The position numbers were made by a program, and so were the translations under genes. From the human T2T-CHM13v2.0 reference genome, Homo sapiens, in the NCBI RefSeq assembly GCF_009914755.1, contig NC_060945.1: 64,000 bases of DNA; one strand, given 5' to 3'. Positions 16,720-31,633 of this stretch are shown piece by piece (position 1 is the stretch's first letter; the number at the start of each line of letters is the position of its first letter). The notes under the pieces were generated by a model. The model had not been told where the DNA came from. It made no database searches and saw only the letters and a list, made by a program, of their open reading frames with translations.

Positions 16720-18700
16720 ACTTCTATTTTTATCAATGATGTAATCCACATACCCCAAAACTGTTATTTTTTTATAGCAAAACAATAGTTTTGCCATAGA
16801 AAACAAAACAAAACAAAACAACTAGAAATAATAGATAAAATACAACCAAGTTTCTTCTAAAGGAAAGTTCCACTTGCAAGAAAGTGAGGGACACCTTTAG
16901 GCCAAAACAGAGCAGGACCTAAGAAACAGAGCAGTCAGAGAGGAATGATGCTGCTATTGCCTTGGGAGATTTGCTAATCTTCCTAACCAAGGGGTTTAGA
17001 TTTTAATACCCATGCTGGGAAAGGAGCATCGTGTTGGGACAGCTTATGGTAGAAACCTGGAACTGAAAACATTTATATCAGGTCAGGACCCACAGATTGT
17101 TGCATCTTCTATAAAAGGGCAGATTAGAAGAATAATCTGCCCACCAGGGCAAGTGACAAGGAAGCATGTCTGCTGTGGCTCAGGCTTTGGGTGTTCACCT
17201 GCCTTCAGGTAGGGGTGGGGCTTGCATTTGCTCTACCTGCAGAGTCTGACAGCCACCAACCCATCCAGCTGAGCAACGAACCGAGGTGGTCTAGGCTGAT
17301 AATTTCCCTGGGTGTCTAGCAGAAACAAACAGCTTTGTGGGGACACACTCTTAAATGAGACCACACAGCATAATTACAGAGAGAGCTCCACTGAGATGAG
17401 CTCACAGTTAGAAATGGCAGAATGAATTCACCATGCAGGAATGTCAGCAGGCACATCAGCACAGGATAGGACTTTCAAGATATTCAGGTGAAAGAATACT
17501 TGTTACACACCATGAAATACTTATTTTAAAATCATTAAGGACATTAGAAGGAATGAAAAAAGAAAAAAGACACAAAAAAGGCCAGAAGAATTGCAAAGAA
17601 ATCAAATAGAACTTCTATAAATGAAGAAAGCTATTGAAATTAAAACCTAAATGGAGCAAAGAGCCAAATAAATGAAATAAAAATTAGATGTGAAGAAATT
17701 ATCTAGAAGATGAGAGAGAGAATATAAAGGCAAGGTCAATAGAATGGAAGATAGAAAGAGATCCCAACAGTTGTGTAACAGAATTTCCAGAGAGAGATAA
17801 TAGAAGAAATAGAGGTAATATTCAAAGAAATAATGGCTGAGCATTTCCTAATTTCCGTGAAGGAAATGAAACCTTAGATTCAGGAAGCACAATGAGACCT
17901 AAGCAGCATAAATTTAAAAAAACAAATCAACATCTAGACACACAGCAATGAAACCACAAAACACCAAAAACAAAGGTCCTACCTAAAAGTAATGAGGAGC
18001 AAAGTCAGGTTAAATGCAAGAGACACAGGACGTTTGGCACCATCAGACTTCCCAACAGAAACATTAAAAGTCAGAAGACAATAAAGTAATAATAAAAATA
18101 ATAGTCAGCCTTATTTAAGGAATTGTGTTCTAAGTGCTTTACACTTATTATCTCATTTAATTTTTACAGTAACCCTATAAGATGTGAGCTAATATTATTC
18201 TTATGTTTCCAATGAGAAAACTGAGGCACAGAGACTTTGAGTCATTTGCTAAGGTCGGATAGCTCCTAATTGGCAAAGTCACGATGGGATCCCAGGGATT
18301 CTGAGGATGAAGCCTGTGTTTAATAACTGTTATGCCAAGTGAGCATTTTCAAATATATGAGAGAAATTACTATCAATCTAGAATTCTAGAGCCAGCTAGC
18401 GATCATTGAAGAGTGAGTGCAACATGAATGGAAAGTAGTAGACCCTCAATGAAAAAGACCACTAAAAGACAAAAGCACAGACTATATAAAATAAAAATAA
18501 TGAAGACTAGTTTTGGGCTATAAATGAGGTAAGATGCAATGCAGGACAATAATGCCATGTGACCTGGGGAAGGGTGACCGGAGTCCACATTGTGATGTTT
18601 TTGCATTGCTCAGGAGGATGAGAGAGATTGGACTAACTTTGGACTTTGTATATGTCTATAGACATATGCCTAGTCTAATTTTAAAGGATACTAGCAAAAG
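16720..18700 (+). mobile_element. Old L1M 5'/ORF1 remnant, with a MIR at ~18090-18335
   Basis: A-rich ORF1-like text (TTCAAAGAAATAATGGCTGAGCATTTCC, CAGACTTCCCAACAGAAACA); MIR core GAAAACTGAGGCACAGAGA. Confidence 0.65.
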
Positions 18701-18704
18701 GATA

Positions 18705-19072
18705 TGTCGGAAACAAGTACTCAGCGTAGCCAAAAGAAACCTGCACTTAGACAGAAAATTTCTCAGCAAGGTACCTTTACTTCTGCAGAAGGGTGCTGCT
18801 TGCGCCTGTTACAATCGCAAAAGCACACTGAACAAAGGAGGAAAGGAGTTTTTAATCCTAACGCAGTTCCTGTTTCTGTGTCCTTCTCCTGTTGGCTGGG
18901 GTTGGACCACACAATCTAAGCTAATCCTGATTGGCTAAGACTTAAACTTTTTCCAAAAAGGGTAAATGTGCTATTTGCATTTGAAGAAGAAAGGGGGTAG
19001 GATTGATTTACAACTTATACAGCTTATGACCAGAAAGTTGAGTCTTTGAAGAGGAACTTCGTTGCCCCAACA
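18705..19072 (-). mobile_element. ERV1-class solo LTR (MER61-like)
   Basis: TG...CA termini with perfect 4-bp TSD GATA; TTTCTCAGCAAGG.ACCTTTACTTCTGCAGAAGGGTG motif. Confidence 0.8.
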
Positions 19073-19247
19073 GATAGAAAGAGAAAATAATTTCCAAACT
19101 AATCTAGGGAAAAATAGGAATAGAGGAAAGTTGATTTATCTGATAATTATTTTGATATAAGTATTCAGAGTTGTATTTATTTTCTTTTCCTAGGTTTTCA
19201 TTTTTGGGTGTGAATTTACATGTGACCTGCATGTTGAGAGGAAGGAT

Positions 19248-19475
19248 GCTAACTTTCATTGAGCGCCTACTCTGTGCCTGCTGTTTTGCATATGTTATTG
19301 GAGTCAATCTTCACAGTAAACCTGTAAGGGAATTAGTATTATTCCCTGTTTACAGATAAAGAAACCAAGGCTCAGAGAGTTACATAACCTGCTCACAATC
19401 ATAGAGCTTTTGTGAACCAGAAAATAACTTCAAAATCAGTTGTCTGACTCAAAGTCCAGGATATTTCTCCACTTT
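19248..19475 (-). mobile_element. MIR
   Basis: TTTACAGATAAAGAAACCAAGGCTCAGAGAG core. Confidence 0.75.
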
Positions 19476-19921
19476 ACTAGAATTTCCAAACCCCTGAGGA
19501 GCAGAGAGCTCTGAAAAGGGGCTCTGGAATCCCAGTGTGCCCTCAACCGTGGGAGTATCCTGGATAAAGAATCTCTGTGTTCCATTTTTTGTGTAAATGT
19601 GTGGAAAGGCCCTTGTGAAACAGAAAGTGCAAATTCCTTTAAAATCTAGGTGGTCTTTCGTCAGTGTTTGTCTTCTCAGGCAGCAGATGTTATTATGTGA
19701 AGGGATCCAGGACCTCTTTTTTTATGTAAAGAAAAAAAAAAAGCAAGCAGTCTTCTTACTAAATACATGGGAATCCCTGAACTTGGCTTTTCACCCAAGA
19801 CCCATAAAAACCCCAGGGCATTTGCAGTGTAAGGGGTGCTTTCCGCATGGTTCTGACTCCACTGTCAGAAGGGCACGTCTCCACTTCTGCCTCCTTCCTA
19901 AGAGATGCCAGATACTCTATC

Positions 19922-21030
19922 TGATATGGCTTGGATTTGTGTCCCCACCGCAATCTTATGTTCAGTTATAATCCCCAGTGTTGGAGGCGGGTCCTGATGG
20001 GAGGTGATTGGATCATGGGGGCGTTTTGAAACCGCCTTTGCGAAATTATAACTGAGGAAATTATGACAGTGAAAGAGATCAGACCTAACCGACTCTACCT
20101 TGCTTCTAACTTTTAAGCTGTCCTTGTTCATTCCTGGGTATAGGCTGAACTAACTTTGGGACGGAATTCAGTTCATCGTTTGACTCGAAAACAAAATCGA
20201 TAACAGCCCTTTCCCTTTTTGCCTGGGAACTAGTCTGCCTTTGCAGGACTAACAAATTAGCTACAAGATTAGAAATTGCAATTTAAGGGTTATGCAGCCT
20301 CTGGCTCCAAGAGTTTGAACCTCACCAAATTGCTCCTGGGGATAACATCACTATTGTGAAACCTACGATCAGGGCTTGAGATACTTTGCAGATCCTGCAC
20401 TTGGTGGGTCAGCTGACACCACCCAGACCAGTCATCTGGCCCAACCAGTTCTGCCGTCGCACCCAGGAACAGAGGACATTAAGAAAACTCCCTCTGATTC
20501 TACCTCCGGCCTGACCAATCAGCACTTCTCACTTCCCAAGCCCCTCTCCGCCAAATTATCTTTAAAAACTCTGATCCCCGAGACGGATTTAAGTAATCAT
20601 AAAACTCCGGTCTCCCGCACAGCCGGCTCTGAGTGAATTACTCTTTCGCCACTGCCGTTCCCCTGTCTTGATAAATTGGCTCTTGTCTGGGCAGCGGGAA
20701 AGGTGAACTCATTGGGTGGTTACAGTTTTCTCATGAATGGTTTAGTGCCATCGCCCTTGGTTGTGACAATGAGCGAGTTATTGTGAGATCTGGTTATTTA
20801 AAAGTGTGCGGTAGCTCCCCCTTCTCTCTCTTCTACCTGCTCTGGTCATGTAAAACGTGCACCTGCTTCTTGCTCTCCTTCTGCCATGACTGAAAATTTC
20901 CTGAGGTCTCCCCAGAAGCTGTCAAGCTTCCTGTACAGCCTGCTGAGCCATGAGCCAATTAAACCTCTTTTCTTTATAAATTACCCAGTCTCGGTATTTC
21001 TTTATAGCAACATGAGAATGGACTAAAACA
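19922..21030 (+). mobile_element. MSTA/MSTB LTR split by an LTR8 insertion
   Basis: TGATATGGCTTGG start; resumes TTCTCATGAATGGTTTAG after 20728; ends GGACTAAAACA. Confidence 0.88.
20027..20724 (+). mobile_element. LTR8/LTR8A (ERV1) solo LTR
   Basis: TGAAACCGCCTTTGC start, GGGTGGTTACA end, 4-bp TSD GTTT. Confidence 0.88.
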
Positions 21031-22421
21031 CTGCTCTTTTCGGTTTTAACCCTATATGCCGTGACTGATCTTAAGATTTTAGTTACCAATGAAGGATTCA
21101 AATAAATCTCTACCTATGGCTTCACATCTTCCGCTCAGGATTTCAGCCTATCCTGCACTCATTCATTCATCCATCCATCACTTGTTGAAGGCCACTGTGT
21201 GCCAGTCCTGTTTCTCAGTGAACCTGCACATGACCCTTTGGTCCAAGGCTGTCGGAGGGGCTTACCTGAGGTTATGAGATTGTAAACAGAAGGGCCTCAT
21301 CTTTAGATTCATTTTATAGGGCTTCTCCCACTTTACTAGTATTCATTTTTATTATCTCCTCTCTGTCCTTGACAAATCTACATGTTATCTAAATTGATAT
21401 GGTACAATACTTCCTGCACTTTATCAAGGGAGGGTTGCAGTTTGCTTTTCTGTAACTTTTTTTTTTCCTTGAGGTGTTTGAGCTGTGGTGTGTCTGGCCA
21501 AGCACTGCCATGGATTAAATCAGTCCTGGGACCAAGCAGGTGGGATTCCCAGACATTGCCAAAGGGAAGGACAGCTCAGGCTGGTTTCTTGCCCTGGCAG
21601 GACCATAGCTGTGGGGACATTGGTGAGGGTGCAGGTTCTGGAACTGACTCTTGGGGGATCTGGAAGGACAGCCAACTCAGCCGAGTGTAGCCTGAAGGCC
21701 TGTGTCCTAGGGAAGCCTGTTGGATGAATGGATTTGAGTCAGAACAGGGCCATGTTGTCATCTTTAGACCTGAAGGCTGTCCAGGGAGCGAGCCGATCTG
21801 AGCAGAAATGGGCTCTACTTGGCCTAGTTTTGCCAGTGCAGTCCTAGCTGCTGCCTGCTGCCTCTATGTCCTGCCTCACTGAGTGTGCTTTCTTTAACAT
21901 GGAGTTGATTTTGAAAGACTTAGCAATAAGCTGTTCCTTTTTTTTCTGATGCTTTTTAAATGACAACATAAATGCAAGGTGGGCAAGTGGGCCTAGGGAC
22001 AGTTACCTAACTCTTGGGAGGAGGTGGCAGAGGTATTTGATGCTACTGCCCCTGCTGGCTACTTAGTGTCCTGGCCAGTGGGGCAAGGTCTAGGCCAAGA
22101 GCTATGAACAGATCCCTACACCACCAACAGGTGGGAGTCCCTGGAAATGGGGATATTGTGGGTTAAGTCTATGAGAAATGTGTGTGGGTAGATATGAGGC
22201 TGTCCTGCCAAGGGGCCTGTAGAGAGCAGTCGGGATGCCCTGGCTACTCTGGTTTTGTCATTTATTATACGACATTGGCAACGCAGGTGGTAACCTTTGA
22301 TGTGGTCACTTAGTAAAGCCATACTTTAAAGAAATGGCAAATTCTCCATCTTTAGGTAACTTTGTAACTAATCACAGGGCAGCTCAAGGGTGTTCGGAAA
22401 TGAGACAGTCTATCACATAGG

Positions 22422-22929
22422 TGTGCTGGCAGAATAATGGCCCTGCAAAGAGGTCCACGTCTTCATCCCTGGAACCTGTGACTATGTTAGGTCACATGGA
22501 AAGGCAGATTGAAATTGCAGATGGAATTAGGTTTGGTAATCAACTAACGTTAAATTAGGGAGGTTATCTTGGATTATCTAGGTAGGCCAATTAGAATCAT
22601 GAGGGTTTTTAAAAGTGGAGGAGGGAGGCAGAAGGACCAGAACGATGACAGTGTAGGGAGGACTCAACTGGCTGTTGCTGGCTTTGAAGATGCAGGAGGG
22701 GGTCAAAAGCCAAGGCATGAGGGTGGTCTCCGGAAGCCAGAAACGGCAAGAAAATGAATTCTCCCCTAGAGCGTCCAGAAAGGAAAGTAGCCCTGCTGCT
22801 GTCTTGATTTTAGCCCCATGAGACCATGAGACACTTCTGCCCTCCAGAACTATAAGATAATAAATTTGTGTTGTTTTAAGCCACTGAATTTGTGGTCATT
22901 TGTCACCGCAGCCACAGGACACTAATACA
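22422..22929 (+). mobile_element. MLT1D-type MaLR LTR
   Basis: GGCAGAATAATGGCCC...GGAACCTGTGACTATGTTA...ACACTAATACA. Confidence 0.85.
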
Positions 22930-22934
22930 TTAAT

Positions 22935-23130
22935 ACAGTAGACAAGAGCGTGAACTCAGAAATCAGACAGGCCTGGGTTTGCATCTTGGTTTTGTCTTAA
23001 CCAGCTGCTTATTCTTGGGTAAAAAAAACAGAACTTCTCTCAAGTTCCAAGGAACATATAATATTTTCTCTATTTTACAACTTTTATGAGAGTTAAATGG
23101 GGAAATGTACATGTCAGAGAACAAATAAAC
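22935..23130 (+). mobile_element. MIR
   Basis: TCAGACAGGCCTGGGTTTGCATCTTGG...GAGAGTTAAATG. Confidence 0.6.
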
Positions 23131-23163
23131 AATTACAAAACAGAGTCAGTTAAGAGTCAGTTA

Positions 23164-23526
23164 CCGTCATGTGCCACATAACATTTCTGTCAATGACAGA
23201 ATGCATGTACAACAGTGTCCCATCAGATTATAATATATTTTTGTGTGCCTTTTGTGAGTTAAGATATGTTTAGATAAACAAATACTTACCATTGCATTAC
23301 AATTGCCTACAGTATTCAGTAGAGTAACATGCTGCACATGTTTGTAGCCTAGGTGTGTAGCTAGTTGTGTCATCGAGTAGCCCATAGCAATAGGCTGTAC
23401 CATCTACTCCAGGTGTGTAGTATGCTATGCAGTAGGCTATGTCACTTATGATGTTCACACAATGATGAAATTGCCTAAGAACGCATTTCTCAAAATGTAT
23501 CCCTTTTGGTAAGCGACGCATGACTG
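23164..23526 (+). mobile_element. Tigger3a/MER7-type (TcMar) DNA transposon
   Basis: TA TSD; TIRs CCGTCATGTGCCAC / GCGACGCATGACTG. Confidence 0.85.
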
Positions 23527-24287
23527 TATTTGCTAGTGGGAAAGGTCAGGGTTTTTTAACTGCTAGAAATGAGGAGTTCATGGTGATTATGATAGTTAAG
23601 CCTTAAAAACTGCCTTCTACACAGGATGGGATGAGTCCGTAAATGTTCCCAGTCTGTCAAAAGAAGACTAGTTGTTCGCTGTCAGGAAACAACAGGCAGT
23701 TTTGATGATTCAAATGATGCTATAAATGGAAATTCAACTCTTCGAATCCCTCCTTTTGGGAAGGCAAATGATCACATTTTCAGGTTGGCACTATCATCTT
23801 GGTTTCAGTTTGTCATGGAATTAGAATGGTCAGTAAGAAATAAAAGCCTCATGACTAAACAATGGTAAGCAAATTAAATGTAAACCATATTACTATTTAG
23901 AGTTATTGTAATAATAAATAGTATCAGAATAAAGAAAAATATCCTCCTTTAAGGTATAATATATGTAAATTTATAGGAATATTATAAATAATCACTTTAG
24001 AGTAGAAACTTATTATAGACAGAGCATTGACAGACCTCCAGTGTTCTATTTTAAAACATAAAGTGAATTATAATTATCCCCAAAAGAGAAGGATAGTTAA
24101 ACGTAGGAACAAAATCTCTCTTACAACAAGTGAATTGGTAGACTATTAACATATCAGTTTTTGTGCGTGAAAATATGTATCCTTCTTCTTAACCTGAAAA
24201 GTGTGTATTCACAAAGACATAGCTATGTTAACAATATATTGCTTCTATATAATTAAGCTAGGAAGATTAAATTTCTCTTTTAATTAG

Positions 24288-24850
<563 letters not shown>

Positions 24851-25384
24851 AGGATTTTCTTATATCCTGAGTTTGATAAGCAGAAGAGCTCTCAAGATAG
24901 TTTTGCTTAATCAAAATCTGGAGAATGCCAAATAAACTCAATTATTTTTGTTATTTTTCCTTTTACACGATGAAGTAGCCAATATACACATGTATTAGTG
25001 GCTACTTAGGAAACCCCAAAGACATTTTAGGTGTAAAAGACATCTTAGTTTATGATTCTAAATTTGGAGACTAAATTTGGGCAAAAACAATATTAAAATG
25101 ATTAGTCAGGATAGATTGGTCACAGAATAAGAAATAGTTGTTATATTGGTGTCCACATTAGCATGAGTGAAAATACACATTTAAAAATTAGCATGATGAA
25201 AGTTAACATAATAATAATTAAGAATTGTAATTCTTTCTAAAGATGCGTCTGTATTGCCTCATCTAACATAACCTAAGACACATACTTCTGGTGCTGGCCA
25301 ATATGAGTTAAGCCCAGTATAGCTCATTTCTACCACAGATTACAACTAATAACTCCAGGAAAACACAAAAAGCAAATACCTGAT

Positions 25385-26651
25385 GCTACCCAAAGCAATC
25401 TACAGATTCAATTCAATCACTGTCAATATACTAATGATATTCTTCACAGAAATAGAAAAAACAACCCTAAAATTTACATGAGACCACAAAAGACCCCAAA
25501 TAGCTAAAGTAACATTGAGCCAAAAGAATAAAGCTGGAGGCCTCACACTACCTGACTTCATAATATACTACAAAGCAATAGTAATAAAAACAGCATGGTA
25601 TCAGTATAAAAACAGACACATTGACCAATGGAACAGAATAGAGGACACAGAGATAAATCCATGTATCTATAGCCAACTGATTTCCGACACAGACATCAAG
25701 AACATACATTGAGGAAAGGATGTATTCTTCAATAATGGTGCTGGGAAAGCTGAATAGCCATATGAAAAAGAATGAAACTAGACCCCTATCTCTCACCATA
25801 TAAAAAATCAACTCAAAATAGATTGAAGATTTAAGCATAAAACCAGAAATGATAAAACTACTAGAAGAAAACAGCAGAAATACTTCAGGACACGAGTCTA
25901 GGCAAAGATTTTATGGGTAAGACTTCAAAAGCACAGGCAACAAAATGAAAAATAGGCAAATGGGACTATATAAAACCAAAAAGCTTCTGCACAGCAAAGA
26001 AAACAATCAACAGAGTGACGAGATGACCTGTTGAATGGGGGAAAATATTTGTAAACTATTCATCTGGGAAGGAACTAATTTCCAGAATATACAAGAAACT
26101 CAAACAACTCAACAGCAGAAAAACAAATAATCTGATTAAAGAATGGGCAAAAGATCTGAATAAACATTTCTCAAAAGAAGATGTAGAAATGCCAACAACA
26201 TATGAAAACATGCTCAACATTAGCAATCATTAGGGAAATGTAAATCAAAACCATAATGAGCTATCATCTCACCCCAGTTACAATAGCTGTCATCAAAAAG
26301 ACAAAAAATAACAGATGCTGGCAAGGGTCAGCAGAAAAGGGAACTCATATACTACTGGTGGGATGCAAATTAGTATAGTCACTATGGAAAACAGTATAGA
26401 GGTATCTCAAAAAACTAGAAAGAGAACTGCCATATGATCTAGCAATCCTACTACCAGATATTTACCCAAAGGAAAAGATCTCAGTATGTCAAAGGGTACC
26501 TGCACTTCCATTTATTGCAATGCTATTTACAATAGCAAATATATGAAATCAACCTAAGGCTTCACCAATGGAAGAATGGATAAAGGAAATCTGGCATATA
26601 TATGGTATATGGTGTATATATATATGTGTGTATATATATGTGTGTATGTGT

Positions 26652-26703
<52 letters not shown>

Positions 26704-27204
26704 TATTCATCAATTAAAAAGAATGAAATCATGTCATTTGCAGCAACATGGATGGAACTGGAGGTCATTATATTAAGTGAAATAAGCCAGGCACAGAAAG
26801 ACAAACTTTGTATGTTCTCACTCATTTGTGGGAACTAAAAAAAATTAAGCTCATAAAAGCAGAGAGTAGAATTTTAGTTATCAGAGGATAAGAAGGGTAG
26901 GAGGTAAGGGATGATAGGGAGAGGTTGGCTAATGATATAAAGTTACAGCTACATGGGAAGAATAAGTTCTAGTTTTCTGCAGCACTGTAGGATGAACATG
27001 GTTAACAGTAAGTTTTGTCTAAAAAAGCTGGAAGAGAGGGTTTTGAATGTTCACCACACAAATACATGATAAATCTTTGAGGTGATTGATATGTGAATTA
27101 TCCTGATTTGATCATTATAAATTGCATACATGTATCAAAATATCTCTCTATATCCTATAAATATGTACGATTACCACATGTCAACTAAAAAGAAAAAGAA
27201 AAAA
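25385..27204 (+). mobile_element. 5'-truncated L1 (L1MA-type): ORF2 C-terminus, 3' UTR and poly(A)
   Basis: ORF2p-like [35 protein letters not shown]; TSD AAAAAGCAA(A/T)TACCTGATG; (TA)n at ~26660-26702. Confidence 0.93.
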
Positions 27205-27275
27205 AAAAAGCAATTACCTGATGGCTCTGAAAAGTAAAAATAGTAGGCAAATTCAGGAGAGGAATCAAAGCCTGA

Positions 27276-27617
<342 letters not shown>

Positions 27618-28650
27618 CTCTTTCACCTTTTATCTTTGACCTGTGGGTGGTCCTAGTCATGGAACTATGCAGAAGCTGTGGGCAACAAGAACCTGATGAA
27701 AAGCCCCATTTTTCTATCTCTGTCTGAAAAAAGGGGGGCTCTGCAAGCCTGAGAGTGTAGAATGAATCTCCATGTTTTCATTTTCTCTTCTGACCATGTC
27801 CCAAGATGTGGCTCTAGTGTGGAACGATCCGGAAACAACATTGACAGCTTTGTCTCTCTGGCAGGGAGAAGAAACTGGAGAAAGAGACCTCTGTGTTCCA
27901 AAAAGTGATTTTTTTCTTTCTCCTTTCTCTTACTGCTTTACGTTAAATAGAGCCCCATTTGCATAGAACTGCATGGCAGCAATGGCAGCAGCTAGAACTC
28001 TGATAGATTTATTTTTCAGGACAGAAGAATAGATAAGGGGCCTCTTGGGACCTGGGAATGTAGAGATAAGTCTGACGTTGAAAACTGAACTGACCTTGAA
28101 ACTACTGCCAGAGAAGGTGAGAAAAAACTTACGGTCTGAATGTAACCAGGTTGACTGCTTAAATAACAATGTTAAGAATAAAAAAAAAACAACGTTCTTC
28201 AGAAGATTTTAATGTGACCCAGGGTCATATTATAACATAATATGCAAGCTATCCAGGATACAATGCATATTTGCTCAACATACAAAGAACCAGAAAAATG
28301 TAGCCAATTCTCAAGGGAAAACACAATCAACAGATGCCAACCCTGAGATTACTCAAATGTTGGAATTATCAGACAAAGACATTAAAGCAACTATTATAAT
28401 TATACTCCATGAAGTAAAGGTAAACACTCATGAAATAAAGGTAAACACTCTTGAAATGAGTAGAAAGTTAGACATTGTCAGCAAATAGAAAGTTTAGGAC
28501 TGAAAAATACCCTCATCTGAAATTAAAAGAGAAATTACTGGATGGGCTCAATAGCAGAATGAAGATGACAAAACAAAGAGTCAGTGAATTTGAAGAAAGA
28601 TAAGTAGATTTGAAGAATAGAAAGAATAAATTAGAAAGAAAATGAAGAAA

Positions 28651-29222
28651 TCTCTTAGTCAGTTTGTGCTACTATAAGAAAGTACCGTAGACTGAGTGGA
28701 TTGTAAACAACAGAAATTTATTCCTCACAGTTTGGAGGCTGAAAGTCTGAGATCAGGGTGCTACCATGGTCAGGTTATGGTGAGGAACCTCTTCCAGGTT
28801 ACAGATAGCCATCTTATTATTATAATCTCAGATGGTAGAAAGAGTGAGAGAGCTCTCTGGGATATCTTTTATTTTATTAAAAAATTAAAAAGTATGTATT
28901 TAGAAAGTACAAGTGCAGATTTCTTACGTGTATATATTATGTAATGGTGAAGTCTGGGCTTTCTGTGAACCCATAACCCAAACAGTGAACATTGTACCCA
29001 ATAGGTAATTTTCAGCCCTCACCCACCTCCCACCCTCCCATCTTTTATAGTCTCCAATGTTTATTAAAGAATATCTTTTAAAAGGCAACTAATCCTATTC
29101 AAGAGGGCTCCACCTTCATGAACTAATCACCTCTCAAAGGCCCCACCTCCTAATACCATCACCTTGGGGGTTAGGATTTCAATATGAATTTTGGGGGAAC
29201 ACAAACACTCATTCCATAGTAA
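28651..29222 (-). mobile_element. MLT1A/MSTD LTR interrupted by an L1 3' fragment (~28870-29066, minus)
   Basis: CTTAGTCAGTTTGTGCTACTATAA...CCCCACCTCCTAATACCATCACCTTGGGGGTTAGG; inner CATTGTACCCAATAGGTAATTTTC. Confidence 0.8.
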
Positions 29223-29797
29223 CAAAGCTTCAGAGACTTTTGGAACAATACCAAAATATCTAACATTTATGCCATTGGAATCTCAGAAGAAATATAGAGA
29301 AATAATGGAGCAGAAAAAAATATTTCAATAAATTCTGGCCAAAAACTTCCCAAGTTTGGTAAGACACAGCTGTATAGGCTCAAGAAACCCAGTAAACCCT
29401 AAACAGGATAAAATCAAGGAAAAGAACATATAAACATGGAACAATAAAATTGGTGAAAACCAAAGAAGAGGAAACAATCTTGAAAGCAGTCACAGAAAAA
29501 TGAAACTACAAATGGGAGAACAACTTTTTACATGACTGCAGATTCCTCATATGAAACCATGGAGTAGAGAGGACAGTGGAACAACATCATTAAAGTGCCA
29601 AAAGAAAAAAACAGTCAACCCAGAATTTGATAGCTAGTGAAAATATTCTTCAGGATTGATGGCAAATTAAGGAATTATCAGATAAATGAAAACTAAAGAG
29701 TTTGTCACCAGCATACCTGCTCTAAAAGAAATGCTAAGGGAAATTCTTTAGGCTGAGAAAAAATGATATCAGAGGGATACTTAAAACTTCAGGAGTG

Positions 29798-30118
29798 GGC
29801 CGGGCCTGGTAGCTCATGCCTGTAATCCCAGCACTTTGGGAGGCTGAGGTGGGTGGATCACGAGGTCAAGAGATCGAGACCATCCTGGCCAACCTGGTGA
29901 AACCCCGTCTCTACTAAAAATACAAAAATTAGCTGGGCATGGTGGTACATGCCTGTAATTCCAGCTACTCAGGAGGCTGAGGCAGGAGAATCACTGGAAC
30001 CCAGGAGGCAGAGGTTGCAGGGAGCCTAGATAGTGCTACTGCACTCCATCTTGGTGACGGAGTGAGACTCCATCTCAAAAAAAAAAAATAAATAAATAAA
30101 ATAAAAAAAAAAAAACCA
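29798..30118 (+). mobile_element. AluS
   Basis: TSD AAAACTTCAGGAGTG. Confidence 0.95.
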
Positions 30119-31633
30119 AAAAACTTCAGGAGTGAAAGAAGAGCAACAGAAATGGTAAATATCTGGGTAGACATAGTAAGATGATTTTTTGTTTTTAGGT
30201 ATTTAAAAATATATATGGCTGTTAAAAGCAAAAATTATAACACTGGTAGAGTTTTTAATATGTGAAGAAATGATACATATTACAACTATAATAAAAAGTG
30301 AGAAAGGCAAAAGAACCTATATGGTTGTAAGTCTTCTACATTTTACTTGAAGTAGTATAAAATATGAATTCCAGGTAGACTGTGAAATATACATAGGGTC
30401 TATACATATACATATATACACACATTTATATATAATATATGTATGTATTCATTTATATGGTAAGCCCTAGAATGACGACTAAAAATCAAAGTACTATGTG
30501 ATGTTGTTAAAAAGCCTATAGATGAATTAAAATGGAAATCTAAACACATTGAAGCCTGGGAGGCAGAAACACTGGAATAAAAAACAAAGAAATGAACAGA
30601 AAACAAATAACATGGAAGACTTACCTGACCATATTAATAATTATGTGAAATACAAGTGGTCTAAAAATACAAATTAAAAATCAGAGATTGTCAGTTGGGA
30701 CAAGAAAACAAGACCTAATTATATGCTGAGTACAAAAAAATCAATTTCTAATTATAATGACAGGTTAAAAATAAAAGGATGAAAGTATCAATCAGTGGTA
30801 ACCTGGAGTGACTACATTAACATCACACAAAGTAGACTTCAGAGCATACAAAACTTACCAGGAATAAAGAGGGGCATTTGACAATGATAAAATGGTCAGC
30901 TTACCAAGAAGAAGAATCATCTAAATGTGTATACATGTAAATTTTAAAATATGAATCTAAAATGGATAGAGTTAAAAGTAGACATAGACAAATCTATGAT
31001 TCTGCTTGGACACTTCAACATTCCTCTTAGTAATTGAGAGAGCAAATAAGTCAACAAACTATAGACGGCTTGAATGACATTATGAACCAATTTGATGTAA
31101 TTGACATTTATAAAACATTCCACCCTACAGCAGCAGAATACATATGGTTTCCAAACATACACACAGCATTGAACAAGATAGACCATATTCTGGCCCATAG
31201 AACAAACCTTAACACATTTAAAATAATTGAAATGTTGAAAAGTATTCTCTGACCATAAGAGAATTAAGCCAGAGATCCATACAGAAAGATATCTAGAAAA
31301 TCCTTTAATACTTGGAAATTATAAATAATCCATAAGTCAAAGAGGGAGTGACAAGGGAAATTAGACAATTTTGCTTGAACTGAGTGTAGAAAGAAACAAA
31401 ATCTATTAAAATTTGTAGAATTCTGATAAAGCTGTAGTTAGAGGAAATTTTAAAGCATTAAGTGCTTTTATTACAAAGAATAAAAGGTCTCAAATCAATC
31501 TAAGCTTCCGCCGTAAGAAACTAAACAAATATATTAAGCCAAAAACAAATAGAAAATATAGAGTATTCTAAAGTTTATTTGGAAAGGCAAAGGAATTATA
31601 ATGCCAAAACAATTTTGAAAAAGAATAAAGTAG

